Assembly: GCA_024626585.2 (NCBI GenBank) | Contig: JANKJI020000002.1 | Span: forward strand, 17,146,436-17,180,018 | Length of the DNA: 33,583 nucleotides | Reading direction: 5' to 3' | From: Ginkgo biloba | Taxonomy: Eukaryota; Plantae; Ginkgophyta | Part shown: piece by piece, positions 10,100 to 24,558 of the stretch | Numbering within the stretch: the stretch's first letter is position 1 | How the letters are laid out: the number at the start of each line of letters is the position of its first letter | Position numbers and translations under genes: made by a program | The notes under the pieces: generated by a model | Databases searched by the model: none | The model's input: only the letters and a program-made list of their open reading frames with translations | What the model was told of the DNA's origin: nothing

Positions 10100-13000
10100 G
10101 TCATATTTAGAGTAGAGATCTAGGTGTAAATAATAATATAATTTGGTTAGAAATATTTTAATAAGACTTCAAATATCAGATGAGGAAGGTTTATAAGGGG
10201 ATATACGTACATTAAATTCATATATTTTAAAGGATCTCCAACAATGGCAATCAAGGGAGCCATAAATATGGAACTAGAAATAATCATTTTTTGTATATTC
10301 ATTATGGAAGAGGCCCAAAATAGTTCCTTGAAGAACATATATATAACAAATATATCCTAATTTTGGGGAATACGACAAGAATATACTAATATATATCTAT
10401 TTGAATTTGATNNNNNNNNNNNNNNNNNNNNNNNNNNNNNNNNNNNNNNNNNNNNNNNNNNNNNNNNNNNNNNNNNNNNNNNNNNGGCATTACTCCAATG
10501 GCAAGAAATTAATAGAGTCTACTATATTTTCATCTATAAGTGGGGTGGAAACATCCCATAAGGTAATTAGTAATTAGGAGTTAATAAACCTATTAAGACA
10601 TTTAAAAGAAGAAATATTTCCTTAGTGACTACTCAACTAACTAGTTTGGAATTAAAAAGTAAAAAAAAAAGTTGTTTTCCCCCTTCAACATCATTGGATA
10701 TCTACCACTCAAATTGGTAAAGAAAATATTCTATGAATGATTACTTGGTAGATGCAGTGAAAATATAAGGTGAAATATATGAAGAGGATCATGATGAAAA
10801 AACTTATCCCCTATTGAGAAACTTTAAAACTATAATAGAAGGTAAGGAAAATACATTTCCACAATTATATTTTATTCACATGTAGAAGAGGAGAGAAAGA
10901 AAGAATCATAATCTTAGGGAGATTATTTATGATCAAGGATTATATCATTATTCTAGGATAATTTATACCCTTAATATAAATAGTTACCATCAACAAGGGA
11001 TGAAAGATTTTTTTTTCTACCCTTAAGGTTATTTTGATTCCCATCCTTAATTTACAACTCCCATATTGAATCAATTCTATCCATAATATCTTATATATAA
11101 AAATAATATCCCTTGACATCCTCATGAACCCTCTTTTCTAATAATGAACTCCTATAAAGACACACAAAAATTACTCCCTTCTTTTACATAGTTTCAATAT
11201 TTGTTCCCTTTAGGGATGAATGGTAAACCTCTATAAATGGACAATGCTTAGACTAAGATAAAGCATCCCTTTCTAATCTTCATACCCAGGTGGTTTTTAA
11301 TCCTATAAGTAATTTTAAGTAATAGTTTTTAATATATATAATATATTTCAATTGTTCTAGAAACTAACCAACATAGGATGCCCCTATCATAGAGTTACAA
11401 ATAAATNNNNNNNNNNNNNNNNNNNNNNNNNNNNNNNNNNNNNNNNNNNNNNNNNNNNNNNNNCCCATTCCTTAGAAGGTTAGTGTGAATATTTAATAAA
11501 AAATTAATTAAGATAAAACTAAATCAAAAAAAGTTTAATATGGTTCACCAAATACTTAGGGAGTAGTTATTCCCTTTCGCTATATATTAGATAATCCTTA
11601 GGATATAAGAGAAGGAATTCATTTCAATTTTGTTGATGAATTGTATAATATTTTTGTAGATACCCCTTACNNNNNNNNNNNNNNNNNNNNNNNNNNNNNN
11701 NNNNNNNNNNNNTAGGTAAAAAACCTTTGTGTTCAATAAATAAGAAATCATAAGAATCCTACTATAATTAAATTAATAGGATCAACTGCCAATGTGTTCC
11801 TAAATAGATAGCTAGTACAAAAATATGGTGATCCAAGAATACCTTTAGTGGATGTCTCTATTGGTGCTATAATTATTCTCAAACTTTTGGTAGACCTTTG
11901 AGTATAAATCAATATGATTACAACTAATACTATGAAGGATTTAGGATTTAGGGGATTGATAAAAATCATACCATGTTATAAATGGTTGATAGATCCATAA
12001 TTCAATCTAAGGGTAGATTATACAATGTATTGATTTTAATCATGAATTGGGAGTATCCAATAGATTTTGTGTTAATCCAACCAAAAAGTAATTTATAAGT
12101 ATATCATATAATCTTCGGTATACCATGGTTATCTACTCTTATTATAGTAATTACATGACATTCTAGTAAGATGGAAATAAATCATGGATTAAAAAAAATT
12201 ACTTCACCCTATTTAAGTTAGCACAACTAGAATCAAATACCTAAGACCATACCTCTAAGTGGGTGGAATTATAGGAGGAAAATAATGAAGATATAAATCA
12301 TTACCAATTCCTAACATCAAATTAGAATGTATAATATGAATAGTAAGGTTATCAAGTAATGGAAATTGAGATAGTGGAATCTTTAAGATTGGAAGATTAG
12401 GAAGCTCGACCATCATAANNNNNNNNNNNNNNNNNNNNNNNNNNNNNNNNNNNNNNNNNNNNNNNNNNNNNNNNNNNNNNNNNNNNNNNNNNNNNNNNNN
12501 NNNNNNNNNNNNNNNNNNNNNNNNNNNNNNNNCAAATTGAGTAAGATAATAATATTATTATTGGGAAGGATTTGATAGTGGATCAAAAGGTAAAGGCACT
12601 TTAGTCACAAAAGTATATTTAAGGGGTTTTTACATAGAGTCATAATAGTTTAAAAGTAATTTATCCCTCGATATGTCAATATTATATTTTCATGGAAGAT
12701 AAATTTAAGCCTATCCATAAAACTCAAAACCAAATCAATNNNNNNNNNNNNNNNNNNNNNNNNNNNNNNNNNNNNNNNNNNNNNNNNNNNNNNNNNNNNN
12801 NNNNNNTCTAATCTATATCAAATTGCTAGTGGGTTTTTTCAAAGAAATGTGGGAAGTGGTACATTTACATTTATTATCATAAGTTGAACAAATACATAAG
12901 GTAAGATAATTTTTTATTATGATTCATTCATCAAGCCCTTAATAATCTAGCTAGTAAAAAATATTTATCATTCCTAGATAGTTTCTTAGAGTATAACCAA

Positions 13001-15968
13001 ATTCAAATTCACTCTAATAATCAATAAAACCACATTTAACTACCTACAAATGGGATAATTTAACTTGTTAATTTATTCCATTTAGGCTATGAAATTCTCC
13101 ATCTACTTTTTAACACATAGTGATAGCATTTTCCTAATCACATCAATGATTTTATTGAGNNNNNNNNNNNNNNNNNNNNNNNNNNNNNNNNNNNNNNNNN
13201 NNNNNNNNNNNNNNNNNNNNNNNNNNNNNNNNNNNNNNNNNNNNNNNNNNNNNNNNNNNNNNNNNNNNNNNNNNNNNNNNNNNNNNNNNNNNNNNNNNNN
13301 NNNNNNNNNNNNNNNNNNNNNNNNNNNNNNNNNNNNNNNNNNNNNNNNNNNNNNGAAATCATATCGAATATTCACTCACCAAAAAAAGTTAAGGATGTCC
13401 ATAGTTTTCTTAGTTTAGTTGATTATTTCTATTAGTTTAGAAATTATTTTAGTAAGATCAATGATCCTCTATATCAATTATTAGTAAACACCACTTCATT
13501 CCAATGGATAAATGAATGTGAAATATTTTTTGAACACTAAAATAGAAGGTAGTACCTATAATAGTTTTATGTGGAATAAATTAGAATATTCTCTTTAATA
13601 TCCATATATATGATTTATATATTATAGTTGGAACCATATTGGGATAAAAATATGGGTCATAGAAATATTCCATTTATTTTTCAAGCAAGGGTTTTTATAT
13701 AACCAAACACAACTATATAGTCATGGAAAAATAATTTCTCATGGCTATATTTACAATTTAAAATTTATATCATTATATCTTAAGTTTTTATACAATAATT
13801 TAAATTAATCATAGTACCATCAAATTCATCATGAATAAGACAATAATAAACCCTCGTATGATTCGATGGTCATTTCTATTGCAAGTGTTTTGCATTATGA
13901 TAGTTGATAAACATAAGCATGCTAAGTTGGTAGCTAATCATATATTATGAATACTATATCTTCTCATTAAGGGATCATTGGAGGATAATTTCCTATATGA
14001 ACATTTTTTTCCTCTAACTATATCTAGTCTATGATATATGGATATAACAAACTATATAGCACAAGGTGTCATTACCCAATATATTTCTTACAATGAAAGA
14101 AAATATTTAGTCCAAAAAATTATAGCTTGTAATTGGGTTGAAGGATATCTTTACAAGATTATACTATACATTTTATTTCATAAATGTCTCTATAAAGATG
14201 ATATCTTTGATGTTTTTAAGGATGTTCATAATAAACCCTATGGAGGGAATTTTATATCCTAAAGAAGTACTAAAATAAAATTAGATATTGGCTATTAGTG
14301 ACTTAGCCTTTTTAAGGACTCTAAGGATTATTCTAACACATTGGATATCTTCCAATAATGGGAAAAGCTGTCAAGATAAAATCCATTCCATTGCATCTAG
14401 TGATAGTAATTGATCCATTTGAAACATAGGGGTAAGATTTTTCCAAAACCATTACACCAATATCTAAATAAAATCATAAACATATTATGGTTTCTACAAC
14501 CTATGTTATGAAGTGGAATGAGGTATTCTTATTATGTGAATCAAATTAAAAGTATATTACTATATTCTTGTATGAATATATCTTCACTCATTTTTTAATA
14601 CCTAAAGATAATTGTTTTTAAACCTCCTTGTTTATAAATTGTTAAAGTATTTGGCGATGACATCATACTAAAAAATATGTCATAGAGGTTGGANNNNNNN
14701 NNNNNNNNNNNNNNNNNNNNNNNNNNNNNNNNNNNNNNNNNNNNNNNNNNNNNNNNNNNNNNNNNNNNNNNNNNNNNNNNNNNNNNNNNNNNNAAATGGA
14801 TGGATGAGGAAAATAGGAAAATAACATAGGAGTGGCAGGCAAGAACAAAGTTTAGGTCTACAATGGGGTAGGAATCTATGTGCTAAACACTCTAAAATGC
14901 CTAAAAGAGACCTAACATGGATGAAATAGGATTATGGAAGCAAAGAGTGGGCAAGTGATGGAATAACACTATAATGATGAAGATAAAATCCAAAAAAAAT
15001 GGACATAATGGATCTATAGACTCTCTCCCTCTCTAAATGAATCATTATGAGCTCTATTTGTAGTGGACAATCTCAGTTCCAAAGGGAAACTGAACTTGCA
15101 GATGGTGGACACCATGAAAGATATAAAGGTTAGGATTTATGGAATCCAGATGGTTGGAGGAAAACCAAGGATCACTAGGAAGGACCCTAATCATTTGGTT
15201 TTAATATTTTATTATTATTTTTTAATCAAAAAGGAATTCGTCACTAATTTNNNNNNNNNNNNNNNTACTAATCTGTGGTGAAAATTAATGGCGTCAAGAT
15301 TCTTAAAGATTCTACAAAATCTAAATATACAAGAAGATATGGGGAGGCAAATTTAGATCTTGTGAGGTGTATAAAAGGATAATCAATCTTGGAAAACATG
15401 TTAGAAGCTCCTAGAATCACTGAAGACCTGCACATAAACAAGCTTAGGTGGCTTATTTTGTTAATTGTGGTGAAATAATTATATAAGGGNNNNNNNNNNN
15501 NNNNNNNNNNNNNNNAATGATTATTGGATGATTGACCTTATTCTACCCAAATCCTATCTTGTGAGTCATAGGCGATCTCTTATTACATGATTTTGATTTA
15601 AGACACACCCAATTTGTGCTACAAGAGTCTAAATTATTATAAGTAGAAAATAAGGAAGGCATATTTATACAAGATCATATATATAAGTACATTTTATAGA
15701 AGATCATATTGTAAATTATACTGTCAAATATTTTTGATGGCATATTTATCTAGTCATGTGTATAATTGATATATATTTTTAAACTAGCCTCATACTAATT
15801 TAATAGTAAGACTACCCTTACATTTAGATCAGGGTAGGACTGCCCTCCTATTAGGAAAAGGGTAGGATTTTGATCATAAATTACTTATATATATTTTGTA
15901 ATACAAATGTACCTTCATAATCATGTAAAGGTAGACATTATTTAAGATAAATAAAAAACACTTGGTCA
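10100..15968 (+). mobile_element. Degenerate Ty3/gypsy retrotransposon, Athila-like (gag remnant, protease, RT, RNase H, integrase, probable 3' region/LTR)
   Basis: Protease 'LVQKYGDPRIPLVDVSIG...LVDL*V*INMI' (~11810-11920; cf. DPG...LxDLGASIN); RT 'FIHQALNNLASKKYLSFLDSFLEYNQIQI' (~12923-13010) and 'PFRL*NSPSTF' (~13078-13110); integrase 'HNKPYGGNF', 'LSLFKDSK', 'PFET*G*DF' (14225-14445). Outer boundaries approximate. Confidence 0.85.
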
Positions 15969-16068
15969 NNNNNNNNNNNNNNNNNNNNNNNNNNNNNNNN
16001 NNNNNNNNNNNNNNNNNNNNNNNNNNNNNNNNNNNNNNNNNNNNNNNNNNNNNNNNNNNNNNNNNNNN

Positions 16069-18552
16069 TATTGACTAGGCCCTTCACCATTAAGGCCTAC
16101 TTCCAAATGTCCATGTACCTCATCATTGTTCTTGGATTATTTCCTCTCCTCCATATACTAGTACCTATTATAAATACAAGAATCACTCGTAACGAGTAAG
16201 AAGGCTCTCTACTCCTTAAGAGGAATTTATTCCAAATGAAAACAATCCTTAGCGTTATAGAATTATATAGCAAAAGAAAAATTGAACTACTTATGGATCT
16301 ATATAACCCACACTATAAAATTAATTATATTAATGTTCATGTTAATAGTAAAAGTAATCAAAGATAAAAATGACCTATATTATATTCATAAAATATACAT
16401 CATAGTTAATAATTGATATGATATTAAGTAAAATCAAAATATAAATTGAAATACCTCTAGATTTTGGTTATTCACTAATGGATAAAGGAAAGTTTAGATC
16501 TTATAACTAGTCTATGTTAGATTAGGAAAAATTTATGCATTCCTCTAATACAAAAGTATAAAATAAGTTACCGGTTACCCCATAATTTATTGCCCTAATC
16601 TAGTTAGTCTTACACTAATTTTAAGTATCATAGAAATCCTCTCATGAACTAGGGGACAAATAGATTAATCTAAATAAGTTATATTTTAGGGTGTAAAGTA
16701 AATAATAACTCAAATAACACACACAATAAGATTTATACATATGAAAATGATTCAATTATATCCTTTTTACACCTACCAAAACCATAATATATATTAAAAC
16801 CATGTGTTCCTATGCATATAAATGCCCAAATATATAACCATCAACTAAAAAGGCACATTTGAGGAAAACCCTTTTACATTAAATAATATGATAATTTATT
16901 CATTTAATAAAATATTTATCTACCTCTGAGGATCATCCTAGGTAAACTAGACGAACATCATACTTCCAATACTTTGAGTTGATCCTACATCTAAACTAAT
17001 CCACACTTAAATATATCACTAAATATTATCACAAGGTTAATTATTTGGTATCATAAACAAGTCCTCCTATAATCCTTGACTATAAATACCACATAAAACT
17101 TTAAGGAGTGGATTGCTTTATACAAATATACTTATTTGGTGAATCATTTTAATAAATACATGTTAAAAGAAAAATTCTTATAAAATTAAAAATTTTCCCT
17201 TTCAAATATGAAAAAATTGGTGAATATAGTAAGTATTTTCATTATATATATAAAACATTAGTGAATATTTTAGAGAAAATTTTCTATTTGGTGNNNNNNN
17301 NNNNNNNNNNNNNNNNNNNNNNNNNNNNNNNNNNNNNNNNNNNNNNNNNNNNNNNNNNNNNNNNNNNNNNNNNNNNNNNNNNNNNNNNNNNNNATACTAA
17401 GGGGTTAATCAGCTCTGTAATTTCCTACACTCTTCTATCATAATATAATTCTATCTTTCTATCCTTTTTGTACAACCCTCTTTACTCCTTATATGACCAA
17501 TCCATAAAATATCATGCCTACGTATTCTATTACAGTTAATACCATGCTAGTGCATACCCCTGTAATGCATAGAAATATGGTACCATGTTAGAACAACATA
17601 CAAATATAATAAAGTGTGTGATTACATAGAACAATTTGTGAAAGATGAAAACTCGATCAAAGATCCAAGAAACTTTTTATCTTTTCATGTAGCTTAAGAT
17701 ATCAATCTATACACACTAGGGAATCTAGGGATGGTTATTCCTCCTTTTTAGATAAAGAATCAAAAACTAAATTTTCCTTATCCCTTTTATAAATAATCTC
17801 AAATTTTAAACCCTATATCTTTAAGATCCATTTTTATTTCTTATAAGATGAAACCCTTTGATCTAAGAAATATTTAAGACTATCATGATCTGTGATGTAC
17901 CCACTTGGAAGGAGGATGAAGTAATGACCTTGAAATGAGTTGAAAAAGATATTTTGAATTAAACCAAGGGGTTAATTAATACTATAAACTATTGCAACAC
18001 TAAAGCAAGAATCTTTTGTTCTTCACTATCACTATATGGTTAGAGATTTCTCTAATTTTGGATCTTAGTTTTGGATTCTCTACAACATCACTTAATAACA
18101 TGCTAATCAATGTCACATTAATTAATAGCACACTAATCAGTGTCACACCTATTAATATCATACTAATAAATGTTTCCACATTGCTTATAATATCTCTAAT
18201 TACTATCTAGTCTCTTATTATCTAGCTAATCAATGGTGTCACTCTCAAAATCTTAAAAATCGATAGAAAATATTCTAAAATTATGCACCTTAACACATGG
18301 CCCAAGAATGTAACTTGTATAAGCCTATGAAGATGCCAAATCACCTACATATAATCCAATAAGTAACCTATGCACTAAACAATATTTTAAAATAAATATC
18401 TAGCTAATCACTTATTTAAGACAAGATCTCAAACACAACTCTCCAAAATAAATTAGATAAAGAATAAGAGATTGCATTAAACAAAGTGTATAATACATAG
18501 AGTTATAATGGCCAAGATATCTAGACCAAAATATATCCAAATATCAAAAGTT
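16069..18552 (-). repeat. Highly decayed LTR-like/repetitive sequence, family unresolved
   Basis: No coding motifs. 'tacca tgttaga' at ~17581 resembles a reverse PBS/LTR junction, and 'acacacaataagattta' (~16716) resembles an LTR terminus. Confidence 0.3.
18090..18180. repeat. 30-bp tandem repeat, ~3 diverged copies
   Basis: Units 'ttaataacatgctaatcaatgtcacattaa' / 'ttaatagcacactaatcagtgtcacaccta' / 'ttaatatcatactaataaatgtttccaca'; tgtcac recurs at 18111 and 18141, tgtttc at 18171. Confidence 0.8.
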
Positions 18553-19479
18553 NNNNNNNNNNNNNNNNNNNNNNNNNNNNNNNNNNNNNNNNNNNNNNNN
18601 NNNNNNNNNNNNNNNNNNNNNNNNNNNNNNNNNNNNNNNNNNNNNNNNNNNNGTTTTTTATTATAATTACTACTAAGGATGAGATCTCTTGGTTTATCCA
18701 TGCCCTTTTGGGAGTCTTTGAGCTCTATAGTAGCCTCAATAGAGAATTCTATATTTTATGAGCCACACTTGGCATAATTGAAGATTATATAGAAAGTTGG
18801 AGCTAATTCGATAAGATTTTATTATTCATTATGAAATAAATGCTTTGTGTAGCTAGTCTATTATCTAATAATTTTTTATACTAGTTTCCACTATTAAAGA
18901 TATAATCATAAGATCAAAGAATATTCTTTTATATCAAAATATAATGAGATCATATTTCCCTATCCAATCCATTATCCTACTAATAAAGGTAGTCCATTTT
19001 CCCCTATTGCATCATCTCATCCCTATACATACAAAGAAGGTCAATGGTAATTTAGATCTAAGGGAAAATACCCTGTGAATAAACCTACTATAAATGCAAA
19101 TAAATAATAAATAATAAGATTTTATCAATAAATAAAGTTGTAGGTGGTAATTCAATAAGATAACAACCCAATATTTAACAAGAACCTATTTCTAAGTAAG
19201 CTACCTTAATACTTAGAAATGCATAATGTGAAAAGCTAAAGATATATCCCCATCCCCATATTTTAGGAAAACACTTTTCTTTCCATAAAATAGTTTCAGT
19301 AGGGAGTAGAAATTAGTGATTGTTAGTGACTCATTTATAATTCAAGGAAATTGTGTAAGGGAATGGAAACTAATATTTCCTTTGAGGCATTCTCATACAA
19401 TGATGAGGGTGAGGATTATGGAATGGGTATAGAAAACACAAGACCCACTTATAATTGAGTGTATTAATTAGAATATAAA

Positions 19480-19900
19480 TTCCTCATAGATCCCTCTAAA
19501 AAGGATTATGCACAATTTGATGGATGAGTACATAAATCTATATAGACTCTACCTATAAGAAATAAAATTGGTAAGGTTAAAGCTATACACATCCATTTAA
19601 GTGATTTGGCTAGATAATTTTTTTAATAGCTTCTAAGAAATAAGAAGGAAAGGGAGGTGTTGTAATTTTGTTGAAGACTTCCTTTCAAAAGGAGATTATT
19701 TATTAAGGATTTGTGACCTGACACATAGATTCATATAGGCCTTTCTCAATATAAATAAGAAATTACTAGGGATATTCAATGTTTATTCCCCTAACACAAC
19801 CCATGGAACATCATCCTAGTGGTAATAGTTGGGGAAATAATTTCCCTTATATTCTTGGGTGATATATATAGATTTTAATATGATAGAGGATAATGAAGAT
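19480..19900 (+). mobile_element. Possible decayed Ty3/gypsy gag fragment
   Basis: 'KVKAIHIHLSDLAR*FF' (~19573-19625) resembles the gag motif KVxxAxxHLxGxAxxWW. Weak. Confidence 0.3.
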
Positions 19901-21619
19901 AAGTTATAAGGATTACCCTTNNNNNNNNNNNNNNNNNNNNNNNNNNNNNNNNNNNNNNNNNNNNNNNNNNNNNNNNNNNNNNNNNNNNNNNNNNNNNNNN
20001 NNNNNNNNNNNNNNNNNNNNTGAGGAAATCCATACAAGTCTCTCTATTATATCAAAATGCACATTAAAATGGATTATATCAGAGTACCATATACATAAAT
20101 CCATAAGCTACTGCTAGCTTGCTACCTATTGTCCTACAATGTCTATAAATACAATGTGCAAGAGGTTATATAACTATCACGAAAGTTACAAATGACAATC
20201 ATGACAGTGAGATCTGACAGAATCCTTGGTCGGTGTCGGTGGAGTTCCCTTGTTGATGTTGGTGAACCTTACGGGAACCTTTTGCCGACATGATTTTGTC
20301 ATCTGACTCATGTCTGTGATTAATGGGNNNNNNNNNNNNNNNNNNNNAATGTCTTCCTTCTTTCATTAATGTCTGTCGTTGAGCCTCTCCATCGGTGAAT
20401 CACCCCGTTAGTGTCGATTTGTGCTTTGGCCGACCTATGTTGGTTCCCCATCCAACAAGTAGTGTTGGAATTGTGTTCATTATTGAATATTCACATCAAT
20501 GTTCCTGACATAATGGATTTTATTCCCCTATGTTTAGGTTATTTATGTCTATAAAAAAAGGTGACCCCTTATCCCTATAGTTTTATGTGATTGAAGTATA
20601 TGCACTATAATATTTAATCCATAAGAAGATCTTGTTTGGATCCATTTATGGCATTTTGTTTTCCTACTAATTAATAATTAGTAAATGGATACGTTATTGA
20701 TAACTTATTTCTTAGAATCCAGATAGAAGAGACTAATGTAAATAATTTTATGGGTTGATTTGATACCTTTTACGAGTGCTACATATAAAAAATATAGTGT
20801 AAAAATACATATTCCTTTTAAGCGAAAAAATAAAACCCATAATGCATATAATAGTATGGTTGATGATATCTAAAAGAAGGAAAAATATTCAAATTATAAG
20901 GTATTCCATTAATATTTTATGTTTCACTAACTAATATATGGAAGTATATAGTTAAAAAAATTTAGCATAATATCTTCAAATAGAACTCTATACCCCTAAT
21001 CCTTCCATTAAGGTACCAAAATATAATAAAAAATCTTCCTACCACTCATGTTTATTACTAATTCTATTGGTTTCCCCTAAAAAANNNNNNNNNNNNNNNN
21101 NNNNNNNNNNNNNNNNNNNNNNNNNNNNNNNNNNNNNNNNNNNNNNNNNNNNNNNNNNNNNNNNNNNNNNGGTTATATGGGAGATATATTACCTTCTTGA
21201 GGATAAAGAGAGTATTTAAATAATTGATCTATAACTATACATTTCAACTCTATATAAAATGGATCATCAAATTATTAACAAGAAGTAAGGCTTAGAAATT
21301 TGTCATTAAATAGAATATCTTAGAAGAACCCCCTTTGAAAATTAATTTTGTGTATGATTATCATTTTTATCTCTCATGTTAATACTCTATTAAGTATTTT
21401 TTGAGGGTTCATCCATTTTTAAGAGAATTTAATAAGATTTGGGGTCCTATAAGTATTTCATCAAGTTTAGAGGTAAAGAACGTTATAGACACCTATCAAC
21501 AACTACAACTCTAATGGTAACATCGGTAGTAATGGTAATAAAAAGAACTATTGTAATAATCAAGGGTATGAGTAGAGTGCAAGAGGGTGGGTCCTACTAA
21601 TTATCTACCATTTAGACAG

Positions 21620-22423
21620 TTCATTCTCCCACTTAATCTACGATGGGCATTGGGACCCCTACTACCTAGCATTGTTTCCTAACAACTGTCTTTGCCACCT
21701 TATCGATGAGGAAGAAATTAAGAGGCATTTTTGCCAAACACTTCATGACACTGCCCCATCCTGGTACCAATGTGTTCATGATAGATCATGGCAGAAATCT
21801 AGGAGATCTTTCACGACCATTTCTAAGGTTAAAGAGATGTTGCCTTTATCATCAAGGCATTATGAGAGATCCAACAATGGGATGGCAAGACCATACAAGA
21901 CTTTGATGGGCAATTACAAGTATTGGATGCCAAATTAGATACATGCAATGTTGTGACACCAATCCACATGCTAGAGTACTTTACAAACATATTGTTTCTA
22001 CCATATAAGGACAAGATCCGCCAACACTACATGGAGAGTTATGAGCATGTATGCCATCTCATTATGGCCTTCAAAAACTAGATGTGGGTTGACTGACCTC
22101 ACCACCATCATTTATATTGGGGCTATGATGAAATTTCACCTAGGCTTTGTTCATTACATAACACAAAATGTTGTACTAGCAGATGAGAATTCCAATGTAG
22201 TAAATGATCAAATTGAAAAATTGTGAGGTAAAATTGCCCAAAGTAAAGTGGAGAAGGAACGTCTATGAGAGGACATATAGTACACAAAAGATTTTTAGAT
22301 GGGGCACACCCACAACAAACATGTTAATTGACCTACAATCGATCAAAGGTGGTGTGGCATATGCAATGTTGATAGACACAACACTAGAGATTGTTACCTA
22401 AATCTACAAAATAAGTAGAATGG
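21620..22423 (+). mobile_element. Ty3/gypsy gag fragment with intact CCHC zinc knuckle
   Basis: 'YDGHWDPYYLALFPNNCLCHLIDEEEIKRHFCQTLHDTAPSWY' and 'EIQQWDGKTIQDFDGQL...LEYFTNIL' follow the retrotransposon gag pattern; 'WCGICNVDRHNTRDC' = CX2CX4HX4C at 22353-22394. Confidence 0.8.
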
Positions 22424-22523
22424 NNNNNNNNNNNNNNNNNNNNNNNNNNNNNNNNNNNNNNNNNNNNNNNNNNNNNNNNNNNNNNNNNNNNNNNNNNNNN
22501 NNNNNNNNNNNNNNNNNNNNNNN

Positions 22524-23990
22524 ACGAGTTATTCCCACAGCCCCTATCTATTATAGATGGCTCAATCCAAAGGAATTCAAACTTCACGTATTTCCCTAGG
22601 TCCTCTTTATCCCTATTCCACATTAGAATAAGATTTATAGGGGAAAATATTATAGATGTAGCCTTTATGTCAAAGGAGAAATTAATTATCTTCTAATAAT
22701 CCTTGAGGTTTTATAAGCAACCCCTACAAATCTCTTCAAGATGTAGAAGCTCAAATAAATAATGGTCAAGGGTTTTATGAGAAGACACCCCAACAAATAA
22801 TCCTTAGGGAAGGTATTTGTAACTCAATGGGAATAACAACCTCAAAACCATACACTAGTGGAAAAGGAATAAAACTTGTAATTCCTTTATAGGTAGTACG
22901 ATAATAACAAAGCATGTGGAAGAGTTTGAGGTGCCAATTTCTACCAGACTCAAAAACTATTTTCTTCAAGATATAAATTAGGGTTTTCTTGGTTCTTTTT
23001 TCTATCCCATTACCCTATGAGGTAATAGGTTAATGACTGGTAGAATATGGTCTTATTATGTTAATTGAATTTTATCATATCATTATTAGTGAATTGGGTA
23101 TAAATCCATAACATGTTTGGTGGGGACCCCAAAATAATTAAATACCTCATTTTAAAGGAATGAGATGATGATAGCAGAATTAAATTTTATAAGATGATAA
23201 ACCTCAGCCTATTTAGTTAAGTATTTAGTCATAATGAGGATATACATATGTCAAAAAATAGATGGTAGTGAAATAGGACCAATAAATTCCAACAACCATT
23301 AATCAAATTGGTGTTGTAGAAGAATGAGATTCAATAGTAATAGATCATTCTTAAGTTTCCCACTTGGTCATTGACACTTGTAGCATCCACAGATGAATTC
23401 ATAAGAATATTTTAACAACATAGTCCAGTATTAACCTACTCATAAGATCTTATAGGATGTGGAATATCCACTATAAATTATGGCATGCCATTCCTCTAAA
23501 ATCTGGTGTGATTATTTTATAAATATAAAACTCAATAATAGGTGATCAAATGAGCATCGATATAATATACCTTATATAATAACATAGATAGATAACTAAA
23601 TATGAAAACTACACCTCTCCTTAGAGGATATCCCTGGCATAAACTTTTAGTCCCAAATAAAATGGAATATATCAACATACCACTTGAGGCTTCCTTTCAC
23701 ACTCAAAATATGCTCATTAGAGATGAAATCATGAACTAATGATGAGGACTCTAGGTCAAATGGATGTTCAAAAATATAATTGACTAGTCAATGCTCTTTA
23801 ACCATAGTGATGAAAGATATTTCCAAGTAAAATTGCCATAAGATCGTATCCCATCTCCTGATTCTTTGTCTCAACTTTAGTCAAGAGAGAAAACACTTTA
23901 AGGTTTTTAGAGTAACTTAAGCAATGGTACAACATCCTAAAAGGTAATGCTTAGAATTTTGTACTTTATACACCAAAGTGAATCAATGAA
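22524..23990 (-). mobile_element. Ty3/gypsy (Tat/Athila-type non-chromovirus) integrase region, probably preceded by RNase H
   Basis: ORF 22775-22969 'KKIVFESGRNWHLKLFHMLCYYRTTYKGITSFIPFPLVYGFEVVIPIELQIPSLRI' matches the integrase motif W..L..ALWAYRT....TG.TPF.LVYG.E.V.P.E..IPSLR. Zn-finger remnant 'HGMP*FIVDIPH...L...GYYW..M' at ~23415-23495. Confidence 0.85.
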
Positions 23991-24059
23991 TTTCTATTTA
24001 GTGTATTAAGGTGTAAAAAACATTAAAGCCTCATACAGAGAGCAAATTGTTTGTTCAAA

Positions 24060-24558
24060 ATGTCAATGTATCAAGGAAGCATTATGTGGTGGGATAGCTT
24101 ACCATGATACTAAATAGATTTACAACACAATAGCAATTGACAGATACCAAAAATTCCAGCAAATATTCCAACCCAACTCTTATTTTCTGTCCAAGCATAT
24201 CAATTTTTCTTATACTAGAATAAAAAAATGGTTGACGCGGCGCCTTATAGGTTGAATCCTTGGGAGCAAAAAAAAAAAAAAAAAAAAGAAATGATTGTTG
24301 TGAGTAAACTTCAAGGCATACAACTAAATAAACGATTATTCTAATTCCATATTGCAAGTCATCTCCGAGAAAACCAATGAAGTCAATCACGAAGTTACTT
24401 GTAAGCATCGCAAAACATTTTGAAAATAGAAAATCCCATGTGTAAGCAAGCACAGACATGAACAGACGTTTTGAGGATTGTGAGATACAAAATTCAGTCA
24501 TATTTGATCATCTTGTATATGACATGTGAATCCCTTAGGCTTGGAATTGAACCCAAAC
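24060..24558 (+). promoter_or_regulatory. Putative NLR promoter/5' region with W-box cores, a CGCG box and an A20 tract
   Basis: TTGAC at 24137 and 24232; GTCAA at 24062; full W-box AGTCAA (TTGACT) at 24381-24386; AGTCA at ~24357 and ~24496; ACGCGG at 24235-24240; A20 at 24268-24287. Confidence 0.45.

Noticed and set aside
18090-18180. 30-bp periodic repeat as a CRISPR-like array or coding repeat
   Set aside because: No unique spacers, eukaryotic context, and no supported ORF; it is an ordinary minisatellite within LTR-like sequence.
24268-24287. A20 tract as a retrocopy tail explaining the intronless NLR
   Set aside because: It lies upstream of the gene, not at its 3' end; CNL genes of this class are commonly intronless.
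24526-24558. ORF-track start at GTG 24526
   Set aside because: Eukaryotic gene; the first in-frame ATG in good context (AACATGG) is at 24559.
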